A stretch of 64,000 nucleotides of DNA from an uncultured Gemmatimonadales bacterium (GCA_963707875.1 CAVPRU010000003.1:151046-215045), one strand, 5' to 3'. Positions 40,713 to 50,811 are shown, counted from the first letter of the stretch. Numbers and translations: made by a program. The notes: a model not told the origin generated them from the letters alone.

Positions 40713-40757
40713 CCTGAAAGACTCGAGGCGCCCTCGCGGAGCGCCCCGGTTCGATCC

Positions 40758-41195
40758 TCACTTCTTCTTTGCGGCTTTCTTCCTGGTCGCCTTCTTCTTG
40801 GCGGCCCTTCTGGCCACCTTCTTGGCCGGCTTCTTCGCGGCCTTCTTCTTGGTCGCCTTCTTCTTCACGGCCTTTTTCTTCGCGACCTTCTTGGCCGGCT
40901 TCTTCGCGGCCTTCTTCTTGGCGACTTTCTGCTTCGCGACTTTCTTGGCGGCCTTCTTCGGAGCCTTCGCGGTCGCCTTGGGCTTGGCCGATTTCTTCGG
41001 CTTGGCACGCGGGGGGGCCGCCCGGATCGGTGGCGGAGCAGGTGGTGTCGCGGTGGTGCCCACCACCGATGCCACGGCATCAGCCACCGGTGTCTCGGCT
41101 TCGGGCTCCGACGGCGCAGCGGGTGGCATCGACGGAAGGGGATCCATCCATCCTTGTCCGGACCAGCCCATCTCCAGATTGCGGAACTCGGCCAT
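40758..41195 (-). CDS. Histone H1-like Lys/Ala-rich protein
   Basis: GGAGG RBS 9 nt before the ATG. The C-terminal half is made of KKAAKK/KKVAKK repeats. Confidence 0.78.
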   Translation of the reverse strand: MAEFRNLEMGWSGQGWMDPLPSMPPAAPSEPEAETPVADAVASVVGTTATPPAPPPIRAAPPRAKPKKSAKPKATAKAPKKAAKKVAKQKVAKKKAAKKPAKKVAKKKAVKKKATKKKAAKKPAKKVARRAAKKKATRKKAAKKK

Positions 41196-41340
41196 GCGTC
41201 ATAACCTCCGCGGGAAGGTGCGGCGTAACCCGCCGCTGGAGCCCAAATCCTGGGCCTCGTGATTTCGGGTGCCCATATATCTTGCACCCTCGCGCCCCCG
41301 TCGCAAGCGGGCCCTCCCCCCGACAACCCCCAACCAGCCC

Positions 41341-42393
41341 ATGAGCCCCCCGTCCACCATGCAGGCGCTGACCATGACCGGATTCGGAGGGCTGGACCAG
41401 CTTCGGGTCGGTCCGGTCGCCAGCCCGACGATCTCCCACCCTGACCAGGTCCTGATCCGGGTCCACACGGCCGCCCTCAACCGCATCGATCTCTTTGTCC
41501 TGCAAGGACTTCCAAAGGCGAACTACGCCTGGCCCCACGTCATGGGGGCGGACGCGGCAGGGGTGATCGAGGCGGTCGGACCGGCCGTCAGCAGGGTCCG
41601 GCCGGGGGATCGAGTGGTCGTCAACCCCGGCATCTCCTGCGGCCACTGCGACAACTGCCTCGGGGGAGAGCAGCCGCTCTGCCGGGGATTTCGGATCTTG
41701 GGAGAGCACCTGGAGGGCTCGATGGCGGAGTGGCTGGTCGTCCCGGAAACCAATGTGGCCTCGATCAGCGACCGGCTCGGCTGGGCCGAGGCGGCGGCGC
41801 TCTCCATGGCGGGCCTCACCGCGTGGCGGATGCTGGTGACCCGGGCCCAGGTGCGGCCAGGTGAGACCGTGCTGATCTGGGGGATCGGGGGTGGGGTGTC
41901 GCTGATGGCTCTCCAGATCGCCAAGCGGGCCGGGGCACGGGTGGTGGCCACCAGTTCCTCCGAGGACAAGCTCCACCTGGCCCGGGAGCTCGGCGCCGAC
42001 CTCTGCCTCAACCACATGACGGCGGATGTGGTCCGGGCCGTCCGGGACCTGACGGGCGTGGGAGCCGATGTTGTCGTAGATTCCGTGGGAGAGAAGACGT
42101 GGGTCGATTCGCTCCGGGCACTCCGGCCGATGGGACGCATCGTCACCTGCGGGGCGACTACAGGTCCCAACGTCCAGCTCGATCTGCGCAAACTGTTCTG
42201 GTTCCAATGGACCGTACTCGGGTCCACCATGGGCAACCACCGGGAGTTTCAGGAGGTTGTCCGACTGGCTGACCGGGGGGAACTCCGGCCGGTGGTGGAT
42301 TCGGTCGTCCCCCTGGCGGACGCTCCAGCGGCCTTTGCCCGCCTGGCCGCGGGGCAACAACTTGGCAAGCTCGTCATCGAGGTCACACCATGA
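41341..42393 (+). CDS. Zinc-binding (MDR-family) dehydrogenase
   Basis: PHVMGAD, CGHCDNC...C structural zinc motif, LTAWRML, WGIGGGV and GSTMG. Confidence 0.9.
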   Translation: MSPPSTMQALTMTGFGGLDQLRVGPVASPTISHPDQVLIRVHTAALNRIDLFVLQGLPKANYAWPHVMGADAAGVIEAVGPAVSRVRPGDRVVVNPGISCGHCDNCLGGEQPLCRGFRILGEHLEGSMAEWLVVPETNVASISDRLGWAEAAALSMAGLTAWRMLVTRAQVRPGETVLIWGIGGGVSLMALQIAKRAGARVVATSSSEDKLHLARELGADLCLNHMTADVVRAVRDLTGVGADVVVDSVGEKTWVDSLRALRPMGRIVTCGATTGPNVQLDLRKLFWFQWTVLGSTMGNHREFQEVVRLADRGELRPVVDSVVPLADAPAAFARLAAGQQLGKLVIEVTP

Positions 42394-43106
42394 ATGAACT
42401 CTTCGAACGGCTCACCGCTGGAACCGATCAGATGACGTCCCTGATTCCGGCTCTCATCGCCGCCGGACTCATCCTGCTGACCGGCTACCTGCTCGCCCGT
42501 CAGGTCGAGAAGTGGACCTTCCACGTGCTCCGGAAGATGAACTTCAACCAGGTGGCCGAGGGCGGCCTGGCCGAGGCCGTCGATCGGGCCGGGGTGCGGC
42601 TCGACCCGGTCCACGCCATGGGCAAGCTGTTCTTCTGGCTGGTCATGCTGATGGTGATCCTGCTCTCCAGCATGGCGCTTGGCCTCGAGAGCATCAACCA
42701 GATGTTCGGGGTGATGCTGGGCTACCTCCCCACCCTGGTCGCGGCAATCATCATCGTCATCCTGGGCCTGATCGTCGGGGAGTTCGTCCGGGCCCTGGTG
42801 CTGGCCTCGGCCGGCGGCATGGAGGGGGTGCCGACCCTGGCCAAGCTGGCCAAGACCACGGTCGTCCTGATCGCGGTCTTCATGGCACTGCAGCAGATCG
42901 GGATCGCCGAGGAGATCGTCACCGCCACCTTTACCCTGGTGCTGGGGGCGATCGCGCTGGCGGTGGGGCTGGCGTTCGGGCTCGGCAACCGGGACCTGGC
43001 CGGCGAGATTACCCGGCGGTGGTACGAGCGGGGCCGGGAGCGCCGGGCCCATGCGGTACCACCTGAGGCAAAGAAGCCGACCGCCGCCGGGGAGCCCCCC
43101 CAGTAG
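42390..43106 (+). CDS. Mechanosensitive channel TM-helix-repeat (CmpX-like) membrane protein
   Basis: YLPTLVAAIII, ALQQIGIA and ALAVGLAFGLG. Confidence 0.8.
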   Translation: MNELFERLTAGTDQMTSLIPALIAAGLILLTGYLLARQVEKWTFHVLRKMNFNQVAEGGLAEAVDRAGVRLDPVHAMGKLFFWLVMLMVILLSSMALGLESINQMFGVMLGYLPTLVAAIIIVILGLIVGEFVRALVLASAGGMEGVPTLAKLAKTTVVLIAVFMALQQIGIAEEIVTATFTLVLGAIALAVGLAFGLGNRDLAGEITRRWYERGRERRAHAVPPEAKKPTAAGEPPQ

Positions 43107-43107
43107 C

Positions 43108-43593
43108 CTAGGGGGCGGGCCGCCTCACACAGTAGTCGCTCCCCTCACACCAGGTCGGGGCAAACACCTCGGACTGGATGAGCCAGCGCCCCTCCAGTTT
43201 CCGCCACTGGGCGTAGTAACTGCCACCCAGACGCGTCACTGCCCCGGCCTCGCTCCACTGCCCGGTCCAGCTCCCCTCCTCCGCCGCGACGTTCCACGGG
43301 CCGAACACCACCACCTTGGCGGGCGTCCGCACGTAGACCACATCCGGTCGGCTCCTGAAGTGCTCTCCGAGGTCCTGCCGGTTGGCTTCCTTGCCGGCCC
43401 GGAGGGAACTGGTGGAGGTGGTGATGTGGAAGTTCTCCATCCAGTGGATGGCCATCGCGTCCACGTCGTGGGCCGCGATGGCACGGTTGGAGGCCTCCCG
43501 GGCGGCGCGAATAGCCTGCTCATCTGCCGACTGCCCCGCCAGCGGAGCGGAGGGCGTCACGAGCAGGGCACCGACCAGGAGACCGGCACGCAC
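43108..43593 (-). CDS. Secreted NTF2-like (DUF4440/SnoaL) protein
   Basis: Signal peptide, AIRAAREASNRAIAAHD and GSYYAQWRK...GRWLI. Confidence 0.8.
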   Translation of the reverse strand: MRAGLLVGALLVTPSAPLAGQSADEQAIRAAREASNRAIAAHDVDAMAIHWMENFHITTSTSSLRAGKEANRQDLGEHFRSRPDVVYVRTPAKVVVFGPWNVAAEEGSWTGQWSEAGAVTRLGGSYYAQWRKLEGRWLIQSEVFAPTWCEGSDYCVRRPAP

Positions 43594-43600
43594 CGTTGGA

Positions 43601-44428
43601 TCAGGCGGCAGGGACCGTGAAGGCTTTGACCATCCCCTTCATGATGTGGGGGGCCCCGTCCGCCGGATCCGGCACGAAGCAGGCAAGCAGGTAGTTCCCC
43701 GGGGTCAGGGTCACCTGCCAGTAGTTGGCGAGTCCCATGCTAAGGGCCCCGGAACCACCAGCACTTGTCCCCTGGGGCGGTCCGGAGGGGTTGGCCGCCA
43801 TCGCGGCCATGAATTGCTCGGCGGTGACCCCATCGTTCAGGCGGATCAGTTCGAGCTCATGGATCTGTGGTCCGTCATTCGTCACCTTGATGACGTGCTC
43901 TCCGGCGGTCAGCTCCGGCGCGTCGAAGGAGAAATCCTTGAGATGGATTTCCAGGTGGGCCACCGGAGCGGGGGCCCGGTTCGGCTCTCCCGACACCACC
44001 ACGGTTTTCAGCATTCCCTTGGTGAAGTGCGGTGCTCCATCGGCCATATCGGGGACGAAACAGATCAGCACGTAGGTCCCAGCAGGAAGATCTGCCGTCG
44101 TGGTCGAACTGTTGCCAGGGGCGATGCCGCCCGAGGCGCCTCGCCAGGTGACCCAGGTCGGGATGTCGGCGGGGTTCGCCTGAAACATGGCCAGGATGTC
44201 CGCGGCGGTTTTTCCCTCATCCAGCCGGGCCATGATCATGTGGTGCGGCTGGGTCCCCTGATTGACCAGCTGGATGGTGGTCATTCCGGGAGTCAGGGTG
44301 TCGGGACCGGCAAAAACAAAGTCAGTGGCGGTATAGACGGCGGACTGCGGAGCCGGGGGAACGGCTTCGGGAGCCGGAGTGCAGGCGGCAAGCACGAGCA
44401 GCCCGAGCACGGTGCGACGCGGGACCAT
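43601..44428 (-). CDS. Lipoprotein with two cupredoxin-like repeats
   Basis: Lipobox LAAC, then two repeats of N.G...H...PG.Y.L.CFVPD..DGAPH..KGM. Confidence 0.75.
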   Translation of the reverse strand: MVPRRTVLGLLVLAACTPAPEAVPPAPQSAVYTATDFVFAGPDTLTPGMTTIQLVNQGTQPHHMIMARLDEGKTAADILAMFQANPADIPTWVTWRGASGGIAPGNSSTTTADLPAGTYVLICFVPDMADGAPHFTKGMLKTVVVSGEPNRAPAPVAHLEIHLKDFSFDAPELTAGEHVIKVTNDGPQIHELELIRLNDGVTAEQFMAAMAANPSGPPQGTSAGGSGALSMGLANYWQVTLTPGNYLLACFVPDPADGAPHIMKGMVKAFTVPAA

Positions 44429-44493
44429 GGTATCGACCTCAGGTTGAGTGGGGCTTCTACAATACCCCGCCACCGGCCCTCCCGCCAGCGGAC

Positions 44494-45594
44494 CTAGGGA
44501 CTCACGGCCCCTCGCGGCGAGGGCCGGCGCACCTGCATGAGCCTGACGCCATCACGATACTGCTCGGCCACGAGGAGCACCCCTTCACCGACGGCAATCA
44601 CTCTGGCCTGTCGACCATGCAGGACCGTGGCGTAGAGCAGCTTCCCTTCCCGGTCGTGTACGTGGTAGCTGCGCGTCGAGTCGACCGCCGCCCGACTCTT
44701 TTCCAACCAGATCGTCTCATCCGGACCGGCGAACCCATTGGTAAACGGCGGTTTGACCAGGGCCACCGGCAGCCGTTCCGCGGTACCCCGGAGTTCTTCA
44801 GGGAACTCAGAGAGCCAGTGGATCCGGTCGAGCCGGCTCACCTCCATGATCCGGTCCGGGAGGGCGGGCCCCTTCGACAGCTGCCCGCTCGGCGCGACCC
44901 GATCGATCCGGTTGGGGTAGACCCGGGCCAACCAGAGCGTCCCATCGGGGAAGGCACCCCACGCGTCGGTACCGCTGAAAATCCGTCGTTCGAATCGCCT
45001 TCCCTTCTCATCGTTCACTTCGGCCACGTCGAGAGGGGACAGCCGGGCCACCGTGTCTACCCGGGACCAGTCCGGGGCCGCGCGGACCAGCGATGCCGAG
45101 TCCCGGCTGCCCCGGCCACTCGGTCCCTGAATCGGGGCGATCTCGAAATAGTGTTGACCCGCGGCGTCGCGCGCCCTGGGCAGGGTGCCCCGGAACAGAT
45201 CGGGCGGCATGACCGACCCGACGAACTGCCCATCGGCCGACCACCCGGTCACCCGACGGGCGGCCCAGTCGGCTACCCACGCCGTGTCACCCCACCGGTA
45301 CACCGCGAACGGTCCCCGCAGTTCTGCCTCACCGGTGCCGCCCAGCACCTGCAGACCGGTCCCGTCGAACCCGACCAGGGCCGCCTCGCTCAACTCCCCG
45401 GCGACGATCACCCATCGGAAGTCTCGCAGCCAGGCCGCAACCGGCACATTGATGTAGCGGGTGAGAATGGTGTCGGCCGGTGTCCCGATCTCGAACTCCA
45501 CGAGTTCCTGCTCGGTCGGGCCCGAACAGCCGACCGCCAGCAGCAAGCCCAGCCAGAGCGCCCAGCCCGTCACCAGCGACCGGCTGGTTACCAC
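44494..45594 (-). CDS. Lipoprotein, probable beta-propeller
   Basis: Lipobox LAVGC and repeated beta-blade motifs (GDTAWVAD, PDGTLWLA, PDETIWLE). Confidence 0.72.
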   Translation of the reverse strand: MVTSRSLVTGWALWLGLLLAVGCSGPTEQELVEFEIGTPADTILTRYINVPVAAWLRDFRWVIVAGELSEAALVGFDGTGLQVLGGTGEAELRGPFAVYRWGDTAWVADWAARRVTGWSADGQFVGSVMPPDLFRGTLPRARDAAGQHYFEIAPIQGPSGRGSRDSASLVRAAPDWSRVDTVARLSPLDVAEVNDEKGRRFERRIFSGTDAWGAFPDGTLWLARVYPNRIDRVAPSGQLSKGPALPDRIMEVSRLDRIHWLSEFPEELRGTAERLPVALVKPPFTNGFAGPDETIWLEKSRAAVDSTRSYHVHDREGKLLYATVLHGRQARVIAVGEGVLLVAEQYRDGVRLMQVRRPSPRGAVSP

Positions 45595-48500
45595 TTCTGC
45601 CGCTCCGCCACCCCAGGCTCCTCTTCTCCAGTCGGCCCGGCATCCTCCGGCCTCGCCACGATCGCCTGCAACCCCAGGCGGCTGAGTTCTACGTTGAGGC
45701 GCGGCAGGGTTCCGTCAATCGCTCCCTGCAGTTTCCGGGTCTGAATCGCCAGCGAATCAGCGAGGATTTCGTACACCTCGTAGGACTGCTTGGTCGGCCG
45801 GCCCTCGGAACTGCCGACCACCCCGGCCAGGGCCGCGATCTTGTTGTTCAGCCGGATGGGGAAATTGAGCGGATCCTGACCACTCTCGTTCTTGACCTGG
45901 TAGATCTCGGCTTCGGCCGAGGCGAGCTCGGCCAGGAACGGCCGAGCCATCCGCTCCAGCGGGCCGCTGCGGCCGGCGGCCGCCTTGATCCGCGCCTCCA
46001 ACTGACTCCGGACCGACCGGACCGTCCGGACCCAGTCATTCGCTTCTGTGGTCTTGTCTCGCACCTTGAGCAGAAAGGCGACCTGTTCCACCACGTCGGC
46101 CTCGGAGGCGCCACTGCGCGGGTCCACCAGCACCCGGAAGGTCTGGGTCTGGACCGCATCGCCGACCGTGAGACGGACCGTGTATTCGCCGGGCGCTGCC
46201 ACCGGGCCGGTGGTACCCGCCGCCCACATGATCATCCCGTTAAACCGGGTGGCGTCGGCATGCCGGAGATTCCAGCTGAACCGGTTCATTCCTTGACTGC
46301 TGGGGGCCCGACTCTCCGGGGGGGCACCTCCCGGCCGGCCACCGGGGCCGCCCGGGCCCGCGGGCTGCCCGCCCCGACCCGCCGCGGCCATACCGGCCAG
46401 GCTGGCCGCCTCCATCACGCCGAGGTTGCGGAGGCTGTCGGCCCTGATCTTCCGCGAGTCGTCGGCCGGAGCGGCCGCCACCGGACTGGCGGGCGCGGTG
46501 CTCGAGTAGCTCTTGATGACGTTGCCACCGCCATCGAGGAATTCAACCGTGACCTTCTGGCCTGACTGCTTGAGCCAGTACGCCACCTGAACGCCGCTGA
46601 GACTCCGGTAGGCCGGGGCCGGCTGGAAGAGGTGGGAGCTCTTGGCGATCACCTCTGGCGAGAGTTGACGGAGCACCGCCAAGTTCTCAAGCACCCAGAA
46701 GGAGCGACCATGGGTGCCGGCCACGAGGTCGTCACCCGCGATGGAAAGGTCGTGCACCGGCACCGGCGGCAGGTTGTTCTGCAACGTCTGCCAGTTGGCG
46801 CCGTCGTCGAACGACACCCAGACCCCGCGTTCGGTGCCGGCGTACAGCAGCCCCTGCCGCTCGGGGTCCTCCCGGACGACCCGAGTGAAGTCCGAGGAAC
46901 GGATGCCCCGATCGATCCGGGTCCAGGTCGCGCCGTAGTCGGCCGTCTTCCAGAGGTAGGGCCGGTTGTCGTTCAACTGGAACCGGTTGGCCGCCACGTA
47001 GAGGACGCCCTTCCGATGGGCCGAAGCCTCGATGATCGAGACCCGGGTGTATTTCGCCATGTCTGGTGGTGTGACGTTCCTCCAGGTGGCGCCACCGTCA
47101 CGGGTCAACTGGACCAGTCCATCGTCCGACCCGGTCCAGATCACCCCTTTCTCCAGCGGGGATTCCGCCACGGTGAAGATCGTGCCGTAGTACTCGACAC
47201 TGGTCTGATCCTTGGTGATCGGCCCCCCGGACGGCCCCAGCGTCTGCGGATCGTTCCTGGTGAGATCCGGACTGATCGGGGTAAACGACTGGCCGTCGTC
47301 GGTGGATTTGAACAGGACGTTGCTCGCGACGTACAGGGTATTCGGATCGTGGGGTGAAATCACGATTGGAAAGGTCCACTGGAACCGGTACTTGAGGTCT
47401 TTGGCCGAGTGGCCCATCGGGTTCATCGGCCAGGGGTTGATCGCCCGCTCGAGCCCGGTCCGGGTGTCCTTCCGCGTCAGGTAGCCGCCGTAGCTGCCGG
47501 CGTACACGATGTCAGGATTGTCGGGCCGGGCGGCGATGTAGCCGGACTCGCCGCCACCGACATCGTACCAGGCCTCGATGTTGCTGCCGGAACTGGGCCG
47601 GCTGGCGCCGCAGATGGTGCTGTTGTCCTGCTGGGCACCGCAGATGTGATACGGGAAGTGCCTGGTGGTGGTAACGTGGTAGAACTGGGCGGTGAGGAAA
47701 TCCTGGGCGGTCCAGCTGGCCCCGGCATTGAGGCTCACATTGGCCCCGCCATCGTTGGCCTCGATCATCCGCTGATTGTTGTCCGGTGCCATCCACATGT
47801 CGTGGCTGTCGCCGTGCGGAGCCCGGATGTTGGTCCAGGTCCGGCCGCCATCGGTGGAGCGCTGGAACTGGACGTTACTGGCATAGACGGTGTTGGCATC
47901 CTTGGTGTCGGCGTAGATCCGGCTGTAATACCAGGCCCGCTGCCGCAGCTTCCGCTCGCTGTTGACCTTCTGCCAGGAGGCGCCGCCGTCATCGCTCAGG
48001 AAGGCCCCCCCGTCCTCGGCTTCGATCTGGGCCCAGACCCGGCCGCGCTGCACCGGTGAGGCGCTGATCCCGATATTCCCGATGACCCCCTGGGGCAGCC
48101 CCGGGTTCCGGGTGATCTCGCGCCAAGTCTCTCCACCATCGGTGGACTTGAAGATCCCGCCGCCGGCGCCGCCGCTGTTGAGCATCCACGGCGTCCGGCC
48201 CGCCTGCCAGAGCGCGGCGTACAGCACATTGGGGTCGTTCGGATCCATCGAGAGATCAATCGCGCCGGTCGAATCGTTCCGGAACAGAACCTTCCGCCAC
48301 GACTCCCCTCCATCGGAGGACTTGAAGATTCCGCGTTCCGGACTCGGCCCCCAGACCTTGCCCAGCGCGGCGACGTAGACCACGTCCGGGTTGTTCGGGT
48401 GGACCCGGATCTTGGAAATGTGCCGGGTCTCGACCAGCCCGAGGTAGCGCCAGGTCCGGCCGGCGTCGGTGGTCTTGTAGACCCCGTCCCCGTGCGAGGT

Positions 48501-48857
48501 GTTGCCCCGGATCGGGAACTCGCCGCCGCCGACGTACACCACGTCGGGGTTGGCGGGGGCCACCGCGATCGCCCCGATCGTCCCCCCGAAGTACTTGTCG
48601 GAGACGGGACTCCAGTTCTCGCCGCCGTCGGTGGACTTGAAGACCCCGCCCCCCGTGGTCCCCATCCAGTACTCGTTGGGGCGCGCCACCGAACCCGCCG
48701 CAGCGACCGAGCGGCCGCCCCGGGCCGGGCCGGTATTGCGCCACCGGAGCGCGGAATAGGCAGCAGTGTCGACCCCGCCGGTCTGGCCGGCAAGCGGTGC
48801 GGGGAACGCGGGGGTCAGGAGGGCAAGGCTGGCGGCAAGGAGGACGGTCTGGCGCAC
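45588..48857 (-). CDS. Secreted BNR/Asp-box (VPS10/sortilin-like) repeat glycosyl hydrolase-like protein
   Basis: Signal peptide and many S/T-x-D-G-G-x-T/S-W Asp boxes, plus GGESGY and GTHGRSFW. Confidence 0.88.
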   Translation of the reverse strand: MRQTVLLAASLALLTPAFPAPLAGQTGGVDTAAYSALRWRNTGPARGGRSVAAAGSVARPNEYWMGTTGGGVFKSTDGGENWSPVSDKYFGGTIGAIAVAPANPDVVYVGGGEFPIRGNTSHGDGVYKTTDAGRTWRYLGLVETRHISKIRVHPNNPDVVYVAALGKVWGPSPERGIFKSSDGGESWRKVLFRNDSTGAIDLSMDPNDPNVLYAALWQAGRTPWMLNSGGAGGGIFKSTDGGETWREITRNPGLPQGVIGNIGISASPVQRGRVWAQIEAEDGGAFLSDDGGASWQKVNSERKLRQRAWYYSRIYADTKDANTVYASNVQFQRSTDGGRTWTNIRAPHGDSHDMWMAPDNNQRMIEANDGGANVSLNAGASWTAQDFLTAQFYHVTTTRHFPYHICGAQQDNSTICGASRPSSGSNIEAWYDVGGGESGYIAARPDNPDIVYAGSYGGYLTRKDTRTGLERAINPWPMNPMGHSAKDLKYRFQWTFPIVISPHDPNTLYVASNVLFKSTDDGQSFTPISPDLTRNDPQTLGPSGGPITKDQTSVEYYGTIFTVAESPLEKGVIWTGSDDGLVQLTRDGGATWRNVTPPDMAKYTRVSIIEASAHRKGVLYVAANRFQLNDNRPYLWKTADYGATWTRIDRGIRSSDFTRVVREDPERQGLLYAGTERGVWVSFDDGANWQTLQNNLPPVPVHDLSIAGDDLVAGTHGRSFWVLENLAVLRQLSPEVIAKSSHLFQPAPAYRSLSGVQVAYWLKQSGQKVTVEFLDGGGNVIKSYSSTAPASPVAAAPADDSRKIRADSLRNLGVMEAASLAGMAAAGRGGQPAGPGGPGGRPGGAPPESRAPSSQGMNRFSWNLRHADATRFNGMIMWAAGTTGPVAAPGEYTVRLTVGDAVQTQTFRVLVDPRSGASEADVVEQVAFLLKVRDKTTEANDWVRTVRSVRSQLEARIKAAAGRSGPLERMARPFLAELASAEAEIYQVKNESGQDPLNFPIRLNNKIAALAGVVGSSEGRPTKQSYEVYEILADSLAIQTRKLQGAIDGTLPRLNVELSRLGLQAIVARPEDAGPTGEEEPGVAERQKW

Positions 48858-48954
48858 GGGAGGAACCCTTGGGCAAGAGGACGGGGAACGAGACTCGAAG
48901 AGTGTACCCGGATGGGGAACCGGACAAGTCCGCGTGGCTGGGCAGAGTGGGAGC

Positions 48955-48982
48955 GGCTACGGGTTACCGGTTACCGGTTACG
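48955..48982. repeat. Short heptamer tandem repeat
   Basis: GGCTACG-GGTTACC-GGTTACC-GGTTACG, overlapping the stop of the upstream gene. Confidence 0.5.
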
Positions 48983-50654
48983 CGATGGTGGTGGCCAGGG
49001 CCCGAATCGCCCGCCGCAGCCGACCATGCCCATCGAACGCGCGCACGAAGTCCGACTCGCGCCGCCCGCCCTTGGCCCGGATGACCGCCCCGAGTGCCTT
49101 CCGGTCGGCCGGCGGCCAGTCGGCCACACCGGGCAGGGCGACAACCACCGGAGCCCAGCGGGAAAACCACAGCCGTTCTCCAACGGTCCACCCTCGCCGG
49201 CTGCCCTGCCCCAGGATCCGGGCCGCCTCGCGCTCGAGTGCTCTCCGGCCCGTCTCGCGATCGGAGCCGAATCGGCGGGCCAGCAGATCGGTCACGGCCA
49301 GGCCGACATTGGCGAAGGGGAGCACCCCCATCACGTCCTCCCTGGGGCGCCCGATCTGTCGGTAGAGGTTGTGGGCCGCCAGTCGGCGAAGGGTGGCCAA
49401 GCTGGATCGGTGAGCCGGCCGCTGCCGCATCCGGGCCAGTTCCTCCTCCATCAGGGTTACCGCCTCCGGCGCCCGAGGCCGGAATCCGAGCTTCTGATAG
49501 AACCACCAGGCGCCGGAGCGGAGCCCCTCGGTATTGCCCTCGCCGCCGAGCTGGTAGGGGTAGATCGCAAAGGCGGTGCATCCCAGCAGATGCCGGAAGG
49601 CAGCCAGCACCTGGCCGTAGACATGGGCCGCCTCGACGCCGCGAAACGGGTCGAAGATGTTGTAGGCCACTTCGGCCGACTGGAAGAGGCCGCTGACCAC
49701 TCCGTAGCCGGTTGGCACCCCATTCCGGAGTGTAAGATACCCGTACACCGATTCGAGGAGGAGGCGGCGCTCGGGAAGCATTCCAAAAACCACGAACTCC
49801 AGACCATCACCAGCGTCGACCACCCGCACGTCCCCCGGGCTGGCATAGGCAAAGGCGTCGAGGTCTCGGCCCCGGCTCACCATCGCCTCGCGGGCCAGAT
49901 CGATCATCCGGCGGGCTTCCGCTGGAGGCACCGACGTCACCCTGAGCGGTCGCTTCCGAAGGACCCGGTCGAGATTGGGACGTCCTCCGCTGAGCGGACC
50001 AGTGACGTAGTGATTCCGGCCCCTGGCCAGATGGGCGTGGGTCCGACTCGGGGTATCGGGGCCCGCCGACAGCTTGAACATGATGCCCAGGTCCTCGAAG
50101 ATCGAATCTCTGACCCAGACGTCGGACCGCAGCGCAGCCATCCGGCGCAGCAGGAAGGTCGCGTCGGTCTCATCCGCGCCCTTCATCCGTCGGACCCACT
50201 CCCTGAGGGAGAGCGGGGCTTCATCGAGTCCGGGGGTCTCGGCGTACAGGGCGAGGAGATGGAGGATGCCCTCGAGCCGGTCCGGGTGCTCCACGTCCGG
50301 CCACGACACGGTCAGCTGCCTGGGCCACCGTTGAGCCAGCCACTGGGCGGTCGGGTGGAAGAACGAGTAATAGGTCGGCGTGCCGGCGATCCCGCTGTCC
50401 TGCAGGGCGGTCGCATGGCGACGCAGATCGGGGCGCCGGGCAAACGAGGCCAGGAGTTGCTCCACCCGGGCCAGAAGGTCGGCCGAGTCCGGATAGGCCC
50501 GGAGGAAGCAGAGAATCTGGTGGAATCGCTGCACCGCACTGGCACTGGGCAACCGCCGCGAGGCAAGCCGATCGAGCAGGGCGGTCTTGGGTTCGGCAAG
50601 GCCTGGTCCGTAGCGGCGGTGGATGCGCTCAAGCTCACGGAGCGGGGCGCTCAT
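48978..50654 (-). CDS. Hypothetical protein (558 aa) with a GNAT-like segment
   Basis: Long ORF with ATG 50654 preferred. It contains NIFDPFRG and GAWWFYQKLGFRP. Confidence 0.75.
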   Translation of the reverse strand: MSAPLRELERIHRRYGPGLAEPKTALLDRLASRRLPSASAVQRFHQILCFLRAYPDSADLLARVEQLLASFARRPDLRRHATALQDSGIAGTPTYYSFFHPTAQWLAQRWPRQLTVSWPDVEHPDRLEGILHLLALYAETPGLDEAPLSLREWVRRMKGADETDATFLLRRMAALRSDVWVRDSIFEDLGIMFKLSAGPDTPSRTHAHLARGRNHYVTGPLSGGRPNLDRVLRKRPLRVTSVPPAEARRMIDLAREAMVSRGRDLDAFAYASPGDVRVVDAGDGLEFVVFGMLPERRLLLESVYGYLTLRNGVPTGYGVVSGLFQSAEVAYNIFDPFRGVEAAHVYGQVLAAFRHLLGCTAFAIYPYQLGGEGNTEGLRSGAWWFYQKLGFRPRAPEAVTLMEEELARMRQRPAHRSSLATLRRLAAHNLYRQIGRPREDVMGVLPFANVGLAVTDLLARRFGSDRETGRRALEREAARILGQGSRRGWTVGERLWFSRWAPVVVALPGVADWPPADRKALGAVIRAKGGRRESDFVRAFDGHGRLRRAIRALATTIA

Positions 50655-50811
50655 TGTGGGAGGCCGTTCTGCATGGGATCCAGGGTCGGAGACCCCGGAA
50701 ACTAGTCCGGCCGGCAGGCAAGGTGGAGTCGCCCCCCGAGGTTTCGAGTCCGAAACGTGCCAGACCATGCAACGGTCTCCGGGTTGGGCGCATCATACTC
50801 CAGTGTAAGGG

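Noticed and set aside
40761-41010. Repetitive DNA (TTCTTCGCGGCC-like units) as a CRISPR or tandem array
   Set aside because: The repeats are codon-level consequences of KKAAKK peptide repeats and have no repeat-spacer structure. The opposite-strand Phe/Ala-rich ORF 40798..41262 is its shadow.
48955-48982. Heptamer repeat as a mobile-element end or functional array
   Set aside because: It has only four imperfect units, with no second copy or transposase nearby.
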